Assembly: GCF_004010195.1 (NCBI RefSeq)
Contig: NC_057719.1
Coordinates: forward strand, 10,598,303-10,618,302
DNA from: Chiloscyllium plagiosum
Taxonomy: Eukaryota
Reading direction: 5' to 3'
Length of the DNA stretch: 20,000 nucleotides
Below the pieces are notes generated by a model. That model was not told where the DNA came from. It did no database searches and saw nothing but the letters and a program-made list of their open reading frames with translations. This document shows positions 1-10,329 of the stretch, piece by piece. A program made the translations under genes and the position numbers. The first letter of the stretch is position 1; each line of letters starts with the position of its first letter.

Positions 1-19
1 AATTAGGACAGTTCAGCTC

Positions 20-579
20 CTCGTTCTGGTACTCCCTCTGTAAAACTTCCTCCTCCTATCTGCCACTTTAAAATTCTTCTCAAAGCCTGTCTTTTCAATA
101 CTTTCCTAACCCTCGCACCAAATCTTATTCTTTCGCAGCAGTGCTAACCACTGTGGGTGACACAGTGGCTCAGTGGTTAGCACTGCTGCCTCACAGTGCC
201 AAGGACAAGGTTTGATTCCTGCCTCGGAGAACTGTCTGTGTGGAGTTTGCACATTTTTCCCGTGTCTGTGTAGGTTTCCTCCAGGTGCTCCAGTTTCCTC
301 CCACAGTCCAAAGATGTCCAGGTCAGGTGAATTGGCCATGCTAAATTGCCCACAGTGTTAGGTGCATTAGTCAGGGGTAAATATAAGGTGAGGAAATGGG
401 TCTGAGTAGTTGCTCTTCAAAGGGTCGGTGTGGACTTCTTGGGCCGAAGGGCCTGTTTCCATACTGTAGGGAATCTAATCTAATCTATTCTTCTCAGCTA
501 CCCTTTGACATGTCCAACCCATCATAAATTGCCCTTGGATATTTCCCATGTTAAAAGCACAATCTAATTGTAAGTTGTT
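20..579 (+). mobile_element. Decayed L2-like LINE 3' end, split by the SINE at 135-485
   Basis: ctggtactccctc...ttaaaattcttctcaaagcctgtctttt (26-95) and gcccttggatatttcccatgttaaaagcacaatctaattgtaagttgtt (531-579) resemble L2-type 3' termini; recognition only. Confidence 0.45.
155..485 (+). mobile_element. HE1-like tRNA-derived V-SINE, full length
   Basis: Pol III A box TGGCTCAGTGG (166-176), B box GGTTTGATTCC (209-219), V-domain gtgtggagtttgcac...ggtttcctcc, CR1-like tail gggccgaagggcctgtttcc and (aatct)n end; three more copies in window. Confidence 0.9.
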
Positions 580-589
580 AAAATAAAAG

Positions 590-700
590 GGCATAGATTA
601 TAGGAACAGGAAGGCTATGTTGGAGATGTACAGGATTTTGGTTAGGTCACAGCTGGAGTACTGTGTGCAGTTCTGGTCACCACGCTACAGGAATGTTGAG
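590..700 (+). mobile_element. CR1 LINE ORF2 C-terminal fragment
   Basis: Translates GIDYRNRKAMLEMYRILVRSQLEYCVQFWSPRYR, the CR1 LEYCVQFWSP motif. Confidence 0.85.
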
Positions 701-754
701 ATTTCTAGATGACTAGCTTGCTTAGCGTGTTCAATAGAACAGAAAACTGAATAG

Positions 755-854
755 AAACCCAAACAGAAATTGTTGGAAAAGCTCAGTAGGTATGGCAACA
801 CATCAATGGTGAGAAATTAGAGTTAACGTTTCAGCTCGTGTTAGCCTTCCTCAG
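755..854 (-). mobile_element. Penelope-like terminal fragment with minimal hammerhead motif
   Basis: Minus strand CTGAGGA-A-GGCT-AACACG-AGCT-GAAA-CGTT; flanked by aactgaatag (745-754) / aattgaatag (855-864). Confidence 0.7.
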
Positions 855-864
855 AATTGAATAG

Positions 865-1019
865 CTTGGACAGCTGGTTTGTGACATGGAGTGACACCAA
901 CAGCATGGATTCAATTCCTGTACCAGCTGAAGTTACTATGTAGGCCCCGTCATCTCAACCTTGCCCCTCGTCTGAGACGTGGTGACCCTCAGATGAAACT
1001 ATCACCAGCTGTCTCTCTA
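865..1019 (+). mobile_element. tRNA-derived SINE fragment (non-HE1 family)
   Basis: B-box-like GGATTCAATTCC (907-918) followed by SINE-like body; cut off by the CR1 at 1021. Confidence 0.55.
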
Positions 1020-1020
1020 A

Positions 1021-1556
1021 CAGTTCTGGTCGCCACATTACCAAAAGGCTGTGGACGCTTTGGAGAGGGCGCAGAGAAGGTTTACGAGGATGTTGCCTGG
1101 TATGAAAGGTGCTAGCTATGAAGAGAGGTTGAGTAGGTTAGGGGTATTTTCACTACAAAAAAGGAGATTGAGGGGGGGACCTGATTGAGGTTTACAAAAT
1201 CATGAAGGGTATAGACAGGGTGGATAGAGACAAGCTTTTTCCCAGGGTGAAAGATTCAATAACCAGAGGTCATGCTTTCAAGGTGAGAGGTGGAAAGTTT
1301 AAGGGGGATACACTTGGCAAGTACTTCACACAGAGGGTGGTGGGCGTTTGGAATGTGTTGCCAGCGGAGGTGGTAGAGGCAAGCACGGTAGATTCATTCA
1401 AGATGCATCTGGACAGATGTATGAGTAGGTGGGGAGCAGAGGGATACAAATGCTTAGGAATTGACCGACAGGTTTAGACAGTACATTTGTATCGGGTCAG
1501 GCTTGGAGGGCCGAAGGCCTGTCCCTGGGTTGTAAATTTTCTTTGTTCTTTGTTCG
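1021..1556 (+). mobile_element. CR1 LINE 3' fragment
   Basis: QFWSPHY..., MKGIDRVDRDKLFP...TRGHAFKV...FTQRVVGVWNVLP; 3' UTR gggccgaaggcctgt and (ttctttg)n tail. Confidence 0.92.
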
Positions 1557-1875
1557 AACAATGGAAGAGTTGGACAGTGGCGACTTTCCCTTTACTGTTA
1601 ACAGACTATAATCTCTTGTATTTGATAATTCACCTTTGCCCAGCAAGAAACTCACAACGTCTCACATCAAAGTATGAAAAATGGAATGAGATTCTTCAGT
1701 TGTCGAGATGGGCCTTATTGGACTTTCTGTGAATTTGCCAACAAATCTCACTATTGGCCGTGTCACGCAGATCCCTATCTGATTTCAGTCCATTGATTCT
1801 TCTTTCAGTGTTGTTTCATTCTTTAATTTGGAAGGAAACACATCTCATTGGAAAAGTTAGAAGATTCTGAAGTGT

Positions 1876-2272
1876 CAGAGGCTGAGGGGTGACCTTATTG
1901 AAGTTTATACAATCATGAGGGGCATGAATAGGGTGAATAGCCAAAGTCTTTTTCCCAGGGTACGGGAGTCCAGAACTAGAGGGGATAGTTTTAAGATGAG
2001 AACGAAAAGGTATAAAATGGACCTTAGAGGTAACTTTTACACACAGAAGGTGGTGTGTGTATGGAATGAGCTGCCAGAGGAAGCGGTGGAGGCTGGTACA
2101 ATTGCGACATTTAAAAGGAATCTGGATGGGTATATGAATAGGAAGGGATTGGAGGGATATGGGTCACCTGCTGGCAAATAGGACAAGATTAATTTAAGAA
2201 ATCTGGTCAGCATGGATAATTTGGACCAAAGGGTCTATTTCTGTGCTGTACATCTCTATGACTCTATGACTA
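1876..2272 (+). mobile_element. CR1/HER1-like LINE 3' fragment
   Basis: RLRGDLIEVY, MRGMNRVNSQSLFP...VWNELPEE; (ctctatga)n tail. Confidence 0.92.
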
Positions 2273-2366
2273 TCACTATTGAGTGCTGTTGATGATACAT
2301 TGACATTTAATGCCATCACTGAATCCCCTACTGCCAGAATTGACCATCAACTGAACTGGACCAGTC

Positions 2367-2722
2367 ATAGAACATAGAAAAATACAGCACAGAACAGGCC
2401 CTTTGGCCCACGATGTGGTGCCGAGGTTTAGTCCTGATGTAAAGTATAATAACTTAACCTACGCACCCCTCAACTCACTGCTGTCCATGTGCATGTCCAG
2501 CAGTCACTTAAATGTCCCTAATGACTCTGCTTCCACCACCACCGCTGGCAATGCATTCCATGCATTCACAACTCCCTGCATAAAGAACCTACCTCTGACG
2601 TCTCCTTTATACCTTCCACCTAATATCTTCAAACTATGACTCCTCGTACCAGTCAATCCTGCCCTGGGGAAACGTCTCTGGCTACTGAACCTATCTATTC
2701 CACTCATTAGCTTGTTTACCTC
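2367..2722 (-). mobile_element. Antisense CR1 3' fragment, same subfamily as 7928-10329
   Basis: Minus ORF ...RGRFFMQGVVNAWNALPAVVVEAESLGTFK; (ttctatg)n tail seen as catagaacatagaa. Confidence 0.92.
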
Positions 2723-3040
2723 AAACACTATGGTTTCAAAAGCTGGTCAGAGGCTAGGAATCCTGCGTCGAGTAACTCACCTCCTGACTCCCTACCACCT
2801 GTCCACCATCTACAAGGCACAAGACACGAGTGTGAGGGAATATTCCTCACTTGCCTGGATGGGTGCAGCTTCAATGACAGTCAAGAAATGTGTCACTATC
2901 CAGCGCAAAGCATCCTGTACTATCGACAGTTGGCACTGCAGAGACCTATCAAAGCTCCTTAGACAGCAGCTTACAAACCTCAACTTCTACCATCTACCTA
3001 CCAAAGGGCAGCAAATACAAGAGAGAAAGACCCCCTCCAC

Positions 3041-3164
3041 AAGAATTCTGTGTCTAATATCCTGCCCCACTAGTTACCTGATGAAGGAGCAGCTAGTGCT
3101 CCAAAAGCTAGTGCTTCCAAATAAACCTGTTGGACGATCCTATTGTGTGATTTTTAACTTTGTC
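3041..3164 (+). mobile_element. Penelope-like terminal fragment, hammerhead with mutated GAAA
   Basis: CTGATGA(3078-3084)-A-GGAGCA-gctag-TGCTCC-AAAA-GCTA then caaataaacctgttgga shared with 10907-10929 and similar to ~16775-16790. Confidence 0.72.
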
Positions 3165-3515
3165 TTGGAATAGATCACCATTCCTTCAGTGTCACTGGGT
3201 CAAAGTACTCAGATTCCCTTCCTAACAGCGCGCGTGTCCCTACACCAGATGGATTGCAGCAGTTCAGAGACAGCTCACCACCACATTCTCAAGGGCAGTT
3301 AGAGATAGGCAATAAAGGCTGGCATTGTCAGTGATGACCATGTCCAAAGTACAAATAAAACTAATAGAGCAAAAGGGTGCATTAGGATATATGGCCCCAT
3401 TAAGCATTTCTGTACAAAATGAAAAGGATGAAAGGAAGAAACTGAAAGAGTTGCAGGCACATGTCTGAACTGGAGAGTATAAGCTGCAATATAGTGAAAA
3501 TATGGGACTAAATAT

Positions 3516-3745
3516 GTAGTCGTAGAGTTGTACAGCATGGAAATAGACCCTTCAGTCTAACCAGTCCATGCTGACCATAATCCCAAACTAAACTAGTCCC
3601 ACCTACCTACGCTTAGCCCATATCCCTCCAAACATTTCCTATTCATGTTCTAATCCAAACATCCTTTAAACATTGTAACCGTACCTGCATTCAGCACTTC
3701 CTCTGGAAGCTCATTCCACACACAGATCATCCTCTCTGTTAGAAA
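3516..3745 (-). mobile_element. Antisense CR1 3' end
   Basis: Reverse complement similar to 2050-2270 (VWNELPEEV and 3' UTR). Confidence 0.85.
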
Positions 3746-3756
3746 AAAAATGCTGC

Positions 3757-3853
3757 TGTGGCAGTGCCCCTATCTCTGGTCCAGGAGACCCAGGTTCATG
3801 TTCCACCTGCTCAGGAGGTATGCAGTAGTGTCTCTGAACAGATTAAGAATATC
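3757..3853 (+). mobile_element. Short decayed tRNA-derived SINE
   Basis: ggcagtg...cccaggttcatgttccacc B-box-like head; recognition only. Confidence 0.4.
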
Positions 3854-4304
3854 TTTTCTCTCAGGTTAGTTTTCTGCAGCCATGCGTCTCTGAACGAACA
3901 AAAGGCAGAACATCTTAAATTGAACAACAAGCAATGGGCCGGATGTAGTTCATAGCCTAGCACTGCATCACAATTTTTCTTGTAGTGATCACAATATCAT
4001 TAAACTTGACAAACAGAGAAGTGAGAGTCAGTTAGTAAGATTTAGATTTTGACGTGGCTGAATTTAACCTGATCAGACTGGCTGCAGAAAACTGGGCTCA
4101 CCTATTAAGGGGCTAAAAAGACAGATCAGAAAATCTTTGAATTGGTTGAAGAATTGGTTATATCCTTCCCTGATGAGACCTCCTTGCCAAGAAGAAAACA
4201 GCATGGATGACTGAATAGCTTTGGAGCAACATAATAATTAATAATGAAGCAAAAAAAATAGCACAGGCACTGGCAACGTGTATATAAGCAACTAGCACAG
4301 AACA

Positions 4305-4434
4305 AAACAAAATCTAAAGTACTGTAGATGCTGGAAATCAGAAATGAAAGCCAAAATTTCTGGAAAAACACAACAGGCAAATTTGTGGAGAGAAAGCATA
4401 GTTAAAATTTCAGGTCCAGTGAACCTTCTTTAGA
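4305..4434 (-). mobile_element. Degenerate Penelope-like terminal fragment
   Basis: actgtagatgctggaaatcaga...ctggaaaa...tttcaggtccagtgaaccttctttagaa parallels 14685-14811; hammerhead core mutated (CTAAAGA). Confidence 0.65.
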
Positions 4435-4720
4435 AGAGTAATGAAGAACGCTGAGTTGCCCTAACTTTAATCATCAAAATTTCTATTGATTTGGGAACTG
4501 ATCCTTTCGAACAGAAGGATGTGTCACTCCATTTGCTGAGGAAAGTGAGACAGGGGGAATTATAGGGCATTAACTCAACATCTGTCACTTGGGAATTGCT
4601 GAAGTTTGCGGCTAAGGATAGGATAATTAACCACCTTGAAAACATTCAGCTGATCTGAGGTGGCCAGGAAAGATTTGTAAACGATAGCCGATACATGATG
4701 CATCCAATTGCATTTTTATT

Positions 4721-5025
4721 ATATTACTTACACTGTGGAATCAGGCCCTTCAGCCCAACAAGTCCACACCGACCCTCCGAAGAGCAACCCACCCAGACCC
4801 ATTCCCCTACATTTACCCCTCCACCTAACACTACGGGCAATTTAGCGTGGCCAATTCGCCTAACCTGCACATTTTTGGACTTTGTGGGAGGAAACTGGAG
4901 CAAACCCGTGCAGACACGGGGAGAATGTGCAAACTCCACACAGACAGTTGCCTGAGGTGGGAATTGAACCCGGGTCTCTAGCACTGTGAGGCAGCAGTGC
5001 TAACCACTGTGCCACCATGCCACCC
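4721..5025 (-). mobile_element. HE1-like V-SINE
   Basis: Reverse complement similar to 155-485; B box GGTTCAATTCC; short tttatt flanking duplication. Confidence 0.92.
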
Positions 5026-5108
5026 CTTTATTGAAGTGATCATTACAAGTGAACAGATTAATGTTATTCATATGGACTTTCAGAAAGCACCAAGAGAGTG
5101 AGAGTTCT

Positions 5109-5450
5109 GGGGTGGCATGGTGGCTCAGTGGTTATCACTGAAGCCTCACAGCGTCAGGGGACTGAGTTTGATTCCACCCTCGGGATTCTGTCTGTGTGTG
5201 GTTTGCAAATTTTCCCCGTGAGTGTGTGAGTTTCCTCTGCTTTCCTTCCACAGTCCAAGGATGTGCAGGTTAGGGTGGATTAGCCATGCTAAATTGCCCA
5301 CCATGTCCAGGGACATGCAGGCTAGATGGATTTGGTGAGGGGAATGCAGGGTTACTGGGATGGGGTGGTCTGGATGGAACGCTCTTTGGGGTGTGGACCT
5401 GATGGGCCGAATGGCCTGCTTCCACACTCTAAGGATTCTATGATTGAATT
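5109..5450 (+). mobile_element. HE1-like V-SINE (variant subfamily)
   Basis: ggggtggcatggtggctcagtggtt head, gagtttgattcc B box, ccatgctaaattgccc, gggccgaatggcctg tail. Confidence 0.9.
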
Positions 5451-5629
5451 GAATACAGATTCTTACTGGGCAAGTTGACACACAATCAGAGGAGCCCACA
5501 GGCACTGAGGACCCATTTTTCATCAAGATGCTGTCTTTCCTTTGGAAACAGAGGTTGGGCATCTTCAGGGGGAGGTTAGGAGTGTGACACCTGGTGAGGA
5601 AATTCTGCAGCTTTGTAAATTATCCTCAC

Positions 5630-5691
5630 CACCCAGTCTTTTTGCCTCCACCCAACTTCTCGCTTAGAAGTCGTCTGTAAGCATGATTGCC
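5630..5691 (-). CDS. Candidate host-gene exon (GNHAYRRLLSEKLGGGKKTG), product unknown
   Basis: Non-repetitive; minus acceptor ttgctgttttattgcaaaaag, donor TG|gtgagg; phase-0 start matches the end of 7469-7630. Confidence 0.3.
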
Positions 5692-5802
5692 CTTTTTGCA
5701 ATAAAACAGCAAATTGTCTCTGTCTGCGTAAGCCACATATTTAATCCTGCTCCTACCTTCCACTTCTCCTCTGGGATTTTCAATAAAGAAGGTTATTATT
5801 TT

Positions 5803-5941
5803 GTTGGAGAGAAGGTTCAATCAAATGATCCCTGGTTTGGAGGGATTATCTTGTGAGCAAAAGTTAAACAGGTTGGGACTGTACTCACTGGAGTTTCGAA
5901 GGATGAGAGGTGATCTCATTGAAACAAGAAGGATTCTTAAG
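5803..5941 (+). mobile_element. CR1 fragment
   Basis: LGLYSLEFRRMRGDLIET motif. Confidence 0.85.
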
Positions 5942-6187
5942 CAGAGAAACAGGAGCTAGCTGATCAGATGAAACACCTACATTCTAGCCTCACTGTACAG
6001 GCTACAGCTGAAATGTTTAAAGACCCACGACGCGTGATGAGGCTGTGGCTGTCTAGTGCTGAACTGCCTGCAAGGGAACGTTCTGACGGCCAGAGTTTCT
6101 CAAGGTCATCAACATCCCCAACGCAAGTGACCTCCGCCCCAACCAGCTCCAGATCCCCTCCTCACACGTTGCTCCTTTTATTTACTC

Positions 6188-6352
6188 AAATGTAACAAAA
6201 CCACTGTGGAAGCTGGAAATCTGAAAAAAAAAGCAGGGAATGCTGGGGAACCCCTTTGAACCATTCTGAAGAAGATATCAGACTCAAAATGTTCACTCCG
6301 CTTCCCTCCCCACAGCTATTGCCAGATCTGCTCCAGCATTCCCGATGCCTGT
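6188..6352. mobile_element. Inverted Penelope-like mini-insert with target-site duplication
   Basis: Antisense arm (gctggaaatctg...gggaatgctgg) then sense arm CTGAAGA (6266-6272)...ccagcattccc; flanks ttgctccttttatttactc (6169-6187) / ttgctccttttatctattc (6353-6371). Confidence 0.7.
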
Positions 6353-6525
6353 TTGCTCCTTTTATCTATTCCATTATCTCCTCCCTCTTCCATGTGGAAA
6401 CCACCTTAGAGTAGCACAAGAGTAGTTAAAGCATGGAAGGGTTTGCACAGCAATAACAGGGATGTGCATTGACATAGCATCGAGTCACAGCAAGAGACAA
6501 GGAACCAAATGATAAAAGAGTAAGG

Positions 6526-7205
6526 TGTAGTGATTTCAACAAGGTCAGCCACGTGGAGCTCATCGAATATGAGTCACCTGATTGGGGCTGTTAATCTTGG
6601 CTAATCAGGGAGCCCTGGCTGACACATAAAAGCAGGACTGTCACACCTGCACACACACAGCATGGGTGCTGGGGAAAAAAAAGCACTACCGCAGTTAGGC
6701 GGTAGTGTGGGGGTTAAAAAAGAAAAAGAAAAAGAAAAAGAAAAGAAAAAAAGGAAAAAAGACAAACAGGAGGGTCAGGGGTTAACAAAATAAACAGGAG
6801 TGGCTTGAATAAAAAAAAACAGGAGTGTCACACACAACATGGGTGCTGGGGAAAATATAAGCACTACCGCAGTTAGGCGGTAGTGTGGGGGTAATAAGAA
6901 AAAAAGAAGCTGGACTATAAGGGCACTGCTTGTCACTGGCCACTCGGGTGCTTCCTCTCTTCCTGGTGGTGGAAACTCAATAAAGATTCGTGCACCTTGC
7001 GTCTTTCACTGTGTCTCACACCCGCACACACACAACATGGGTGCTGGGGAAAAATAAGCACTACTGCAGTTATGCGGTAGTGTGGGGGTAATAGAAAAAA
7101 AAATTTAAAATAAGAGAAAAAATAAATAAATAAACAGGAGTGTCAGACATCCTGTTCACTCCAAGAGCTGGCTCTGAGGGAGCTGGATCAGTGTGTGCAA
7201 GGACT
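6526..7205 (+). mobile_element. LTR-like sequence (3'-truncated), interrupted by poly(A) retro-copies
   Basis: Starts TGTAGTG; has cctgatt...aatcagg inverted motif and TATA-like cataaaa; resumes at 7132 (aaacaggagtgtcagacatcc...ggact); 3' part absent. Confidence 0.55.
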
Positions 7206-7429
7206 AAGAAAAAAAGCAGACTGAAAGGGCACTGCTTGTCACTGGCCACTCGGGTGTTTCCTATCTTCCTGGTGGTGGAAACTGAATAAAGATCCGTGCA
7301 CCTTGTGTCTCTCACTGTGTCTCACACCTGCACACACACACACACAACATGGGTGCTGGGGATAATAAGCACTACCGCAGTTAGGCGGGAGTGTGGGGGT
7401 AAATAAAAGAAGAAAAAAAGAAAAAAAAA
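6641..7429 (+). repeat. Four co-oriented 5'-truncated copies of a poly(A)-tailed (L1/Tx1-like) 3' end
   Basis: catgggtgctgggg..agcactaccgcagttaggcggtagtgtgggggt plus A-rich tail at ~6641-6760, 6829-6908, 6919-7130, 7225-7429. Confidence 0.85.
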
Positions 7430-7468
7430 CAAGACTGTCAGGTAGGATGAAGAAAATCCAGGATTCAC

Positions 7469-7630
7469 CAGCTTCCCAGAATTGTTAGAACACAGATTTT
7501 GAATGGGGTGGTTCATGTTTATGCAGCAGTCATTCTTGAAATCAGGAATCAAATCCGTTGGAAGTAATATGTTTTGATTTGGTGTACGGCTGCTGATCTT
7601 CATAATCTGAGTGATGGAATCTAAAGTTGC
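7469..7630 (-). CDS. Candidate host-gene exon, 162 nt (ATLDSITQIMKISSRTPNQNILLPTDLIPDFKNDCCINMNHPIQNLCSNNSGKL)
   Basis: Unique sequence, 54 open codons between acceptor ttcccgttaaactag and donor CTG|gtgaat. Confidence 0.38.
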
Positions 7631-7927
7631 CTAGTTTAACGGGAATTGTAATGGTGAGTGTCAGAACTTAGCCAAATGGAAGGAGGAAAGGTTAAGAGAG
7701 ATCTCCTTAATACTTTGTTGCTTTATAACTCTGACAGCTCAATGTTGCACATTCATTGTGAAGAACGCTAATTCTGAACTGCCAAGTGCTACAAAACTGT
7801 CACAATCAGATATCAGGTAATTGCACTTTTTTTCCCAGTTTTATCTGAGCAGGCTGACAAAGCTGAAAGCTTGAAATGTGATTATTTAAAAAACAACTAC
7901 AGCTGTAAGATTAACTGAGAGAAGAAG

Positions 7928-10329
7928 ATTGATTGGAATCTCCTTACTGCAAATGGTCTGGACGGAGTCGATTTTGTCAGGTGTGTTCAGGAAGGGTTTC
8001 TGACTCAACATGTAGATAGGCCGACTAGGGGAGAGGCCATATTGGATTTGATGCTAGGCAATGAGCCAAGCCAGATGTCAGATATCTCGGTGGGAGAGCA
8101 TTTCGGTTACAGTGACCACCACTGCCTCACCTTTACCATAGCCATGGAGAGGGATAGGAACAGGCAATTAAGGAAGGTATTTAATTGGGGGAGGGGAAAT
8201 TATACTGCTATTAGACAGGAGTTGTGGAGTATGAATTGGGAATAATTGTTCTATGGGAAATGCACAACAGAAATGTGGAGACTGTTTAAGGAGCACTTGT
8301 TGCGAGTGTTGGATAACTTTGTCCCACTGAGACAGGCAAGAAATGGTAAGGTGAATGAGCTTTGGATGACAAAAGAAGAGGAGATTCTTGTCAAGAGGAA
8401 GAAGGAAGCTTACTTAAGGTTGAGGAAGCAAGGATCTGGCACAGTTTTAGCGGATTACTAGGTAGTTAGGAAAGAACTCAAAAATGAACTGAGGAGAGCT
8501 AGGAGGGGGCGCAAATTAGCCTTGGTGGGAAGGATTAGGGTAAACACAAAGGTGTTCTCCACTTACATGAGGAATAAAAGAATGAACAGAGAGAGTGTAG
8601 GGCTGATCAGGGATAGTGAAGGGAACTTGTGCCTGGAGTCTGAAGAGGTAGGGGAGGCCGTAAATGAGTATTTTTGCTTCAGTATTCACGAGAGAGTGTT
8701 GATACCTTGTTGATAGAACACCATGGGCCAGGTTAATAGGCTCGATCAGATTGCTATTAAAAAAGTGGATGTGCTGGAAATTCTGGGAAGCATCAAGATA
8801 GATAAGGCCCCAGGGCCAGACCACTTATATCCAAGGTTACTATGGGGAGTGAGGAATGAAATTGCTGCGCCTCTGGGGATGATCTTTGCATCTTCACTCT
8901 CCATGGGAGTAGTACTAGATGATTGGAAAGAGGCAAATGTTGGTTCCTCTGTTCAAGAAAGGAAAGAGGGAAATCTCTGAGAATTATAGTCCAGTCAGTC
9001 TTACGTCAGTGGTAAGCAAGGTACTGGGAAGGATTCTGAGAGATAAAATTTATAACTATTTGGAAAAACATAGTTTGATTAAGGATAGTTAGCGTAGCTT
9101 TGTGAGGGGCAGGTCATGCCTCACAAGTCTTATTGACTTCTTTGAGGATGTGAAGAGACAAATTGATGAAGGCCAAGCAGTAGGTGTGGTTTATATTGAT
9201 TTCACTAAGTCATTTGATAAGGTTCCCCATGGTAGGCTTATTTAGAAAGTTAGGAAGTATGGGAGACAGGGAAATTTGGCTGTCTGGATACAGAATTGGC
9301 TGGCTGAAAGAAGTCAGCAACTGGTAGTGGATGCAAAGTATTCTGCCTGGAGGTCGGTTATCAGTGGTACCCTGCAGGGATGTGTTCTTGGGCCTCTGCA
9401 CTTTGTAGTTTTTATAAATGATTTGGATGAAGAAGTGGAAGGGTGGGTGAGTAAGTTTGCTGATGACACAAATGTCGGTAGTGTTGTAAATTGTGTTGAG
9501 GGCTGTTGCAGGCTACAACAAGTCATTGACAGGATGCAGAGGTGGGTTGGGAAGTAGCAGATGGAGTTCAGCCTGGATAAAAGCGAAGTGATTAGTTCTG
9601 GAAGGTTGAATTTGAATGCTGATCAAAGGATTAAAGACAGAATTCTTGGCAATGTGGAGGAACAGCAGGCTCTTGGGGTCCACATGCATGCATCCCTCAA
9701 AGTTGCCACCCAGGTTGATAGGGTTGTTAAGAAGGTGTATGGTGTGTTGCCTTTCATTAACGGGGGATTGTGTTTAAGAGCCGCGAGGTTTTGCTGCAGC
9801 TCTGTAAAGACCTGGTTAGACAACACTTGGATCATTGTGTCCAGTTCTAAAGATGTAGATGCTTTAGAGAGGATCCAGAGGAGATTTACCTGGATTGGAG
9901 GGCATGTCTTGTTGAGATAGGTTGAGTGAGCCAGGGCTTTTCACACTGGAGAGAAGAAGGAAGAGAGGTGACTTGATAGAGGTGTACAAGGTAATGAGAG
10001 GCATAGGTAGAGTAGACAGTCAGCGACATTTCCCCAGAGCAGAAATGGCTGTCACAAGGGGTCATAATTTTATGGTGCTTGGAGTAAGTTATAGGAGAGC
10101 TGTCAGAGGTAGGTTCTTTACGCAGAGAGTGGTGGGTGTGTGGAATGCACTGCCAGCAGTGGTAGTAGAGTCAGAGACATTAAGGACACTTAAGCGATTG
10201 CTGGACAAGCACATGGATGGCAGTAAATTGAGGGGTGTCTAGGTTAGGTTCATCTTAGATTAAGATAAATGCTCAGCACAACATCGTGGGCCAAAGGGCC
10301 TGTACTGTGTTGTATTGTTCTATGCTCTA
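7928..10329 (+). pseudogene. CR1 LINE ORF2 relic (end of AP endonuclease, RT, C-terminus, 3' UTR) with stops and frameshifts
   Basis: FLTQHVDRPTRGEAILDL...SDH; KAPGPD; NYSPVSLTSV; FDKVPH; QGCVLGP...SKFADDT; FFTQRVVGVWNALP; (ttctatg) tail. Confidence 0.97.

Larger units (their letters stand above)
2300..3360 (+). mobile_element. CR1/L2-group LINE 3' remnant (second family), interrupted twice
   Basis: GQRLGILRRVTHLLTP...TIYKAQ...EYSSLAW (non-LTR RT thumb region); 3' end gggcagttagagataggcaataaa; sequence before 2367 resumes after 2722. Confidence 0.75.
4040..5090 (+). mobile_element. Very old CR1 ORF2 relic, fragmented by later insertions
   Basis: gggaattatagggcattaactcaacatctgtc (GNYRPVSLTSV-like) at ~4555-4586 and gttattcatatggactttcagaaagca (VIHMDFQKA) at 5063-5089. 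Confidence 0.7.

Noticed and set aside
155..230. tRNA gene
   Set aside because: A/B boxes belong to a SINE head; no convincing cloverleaf, and it continues into V-domain and LINE tail
6641..7429. CRISPR-like array of palindromic repeats
   Set aside because: Eukaryotic context, no cas genes, units of unequal length ending in poly(A), and spacers neither unique nor constant in length
7738..7816. Plus-strand exon-like segment (acceptor ctgacag, donor CAG|gtaatt)
   Set aside because: No phase-compatible open partner exon; the nearby donor at ~7653 has an in-frame stop just upstream
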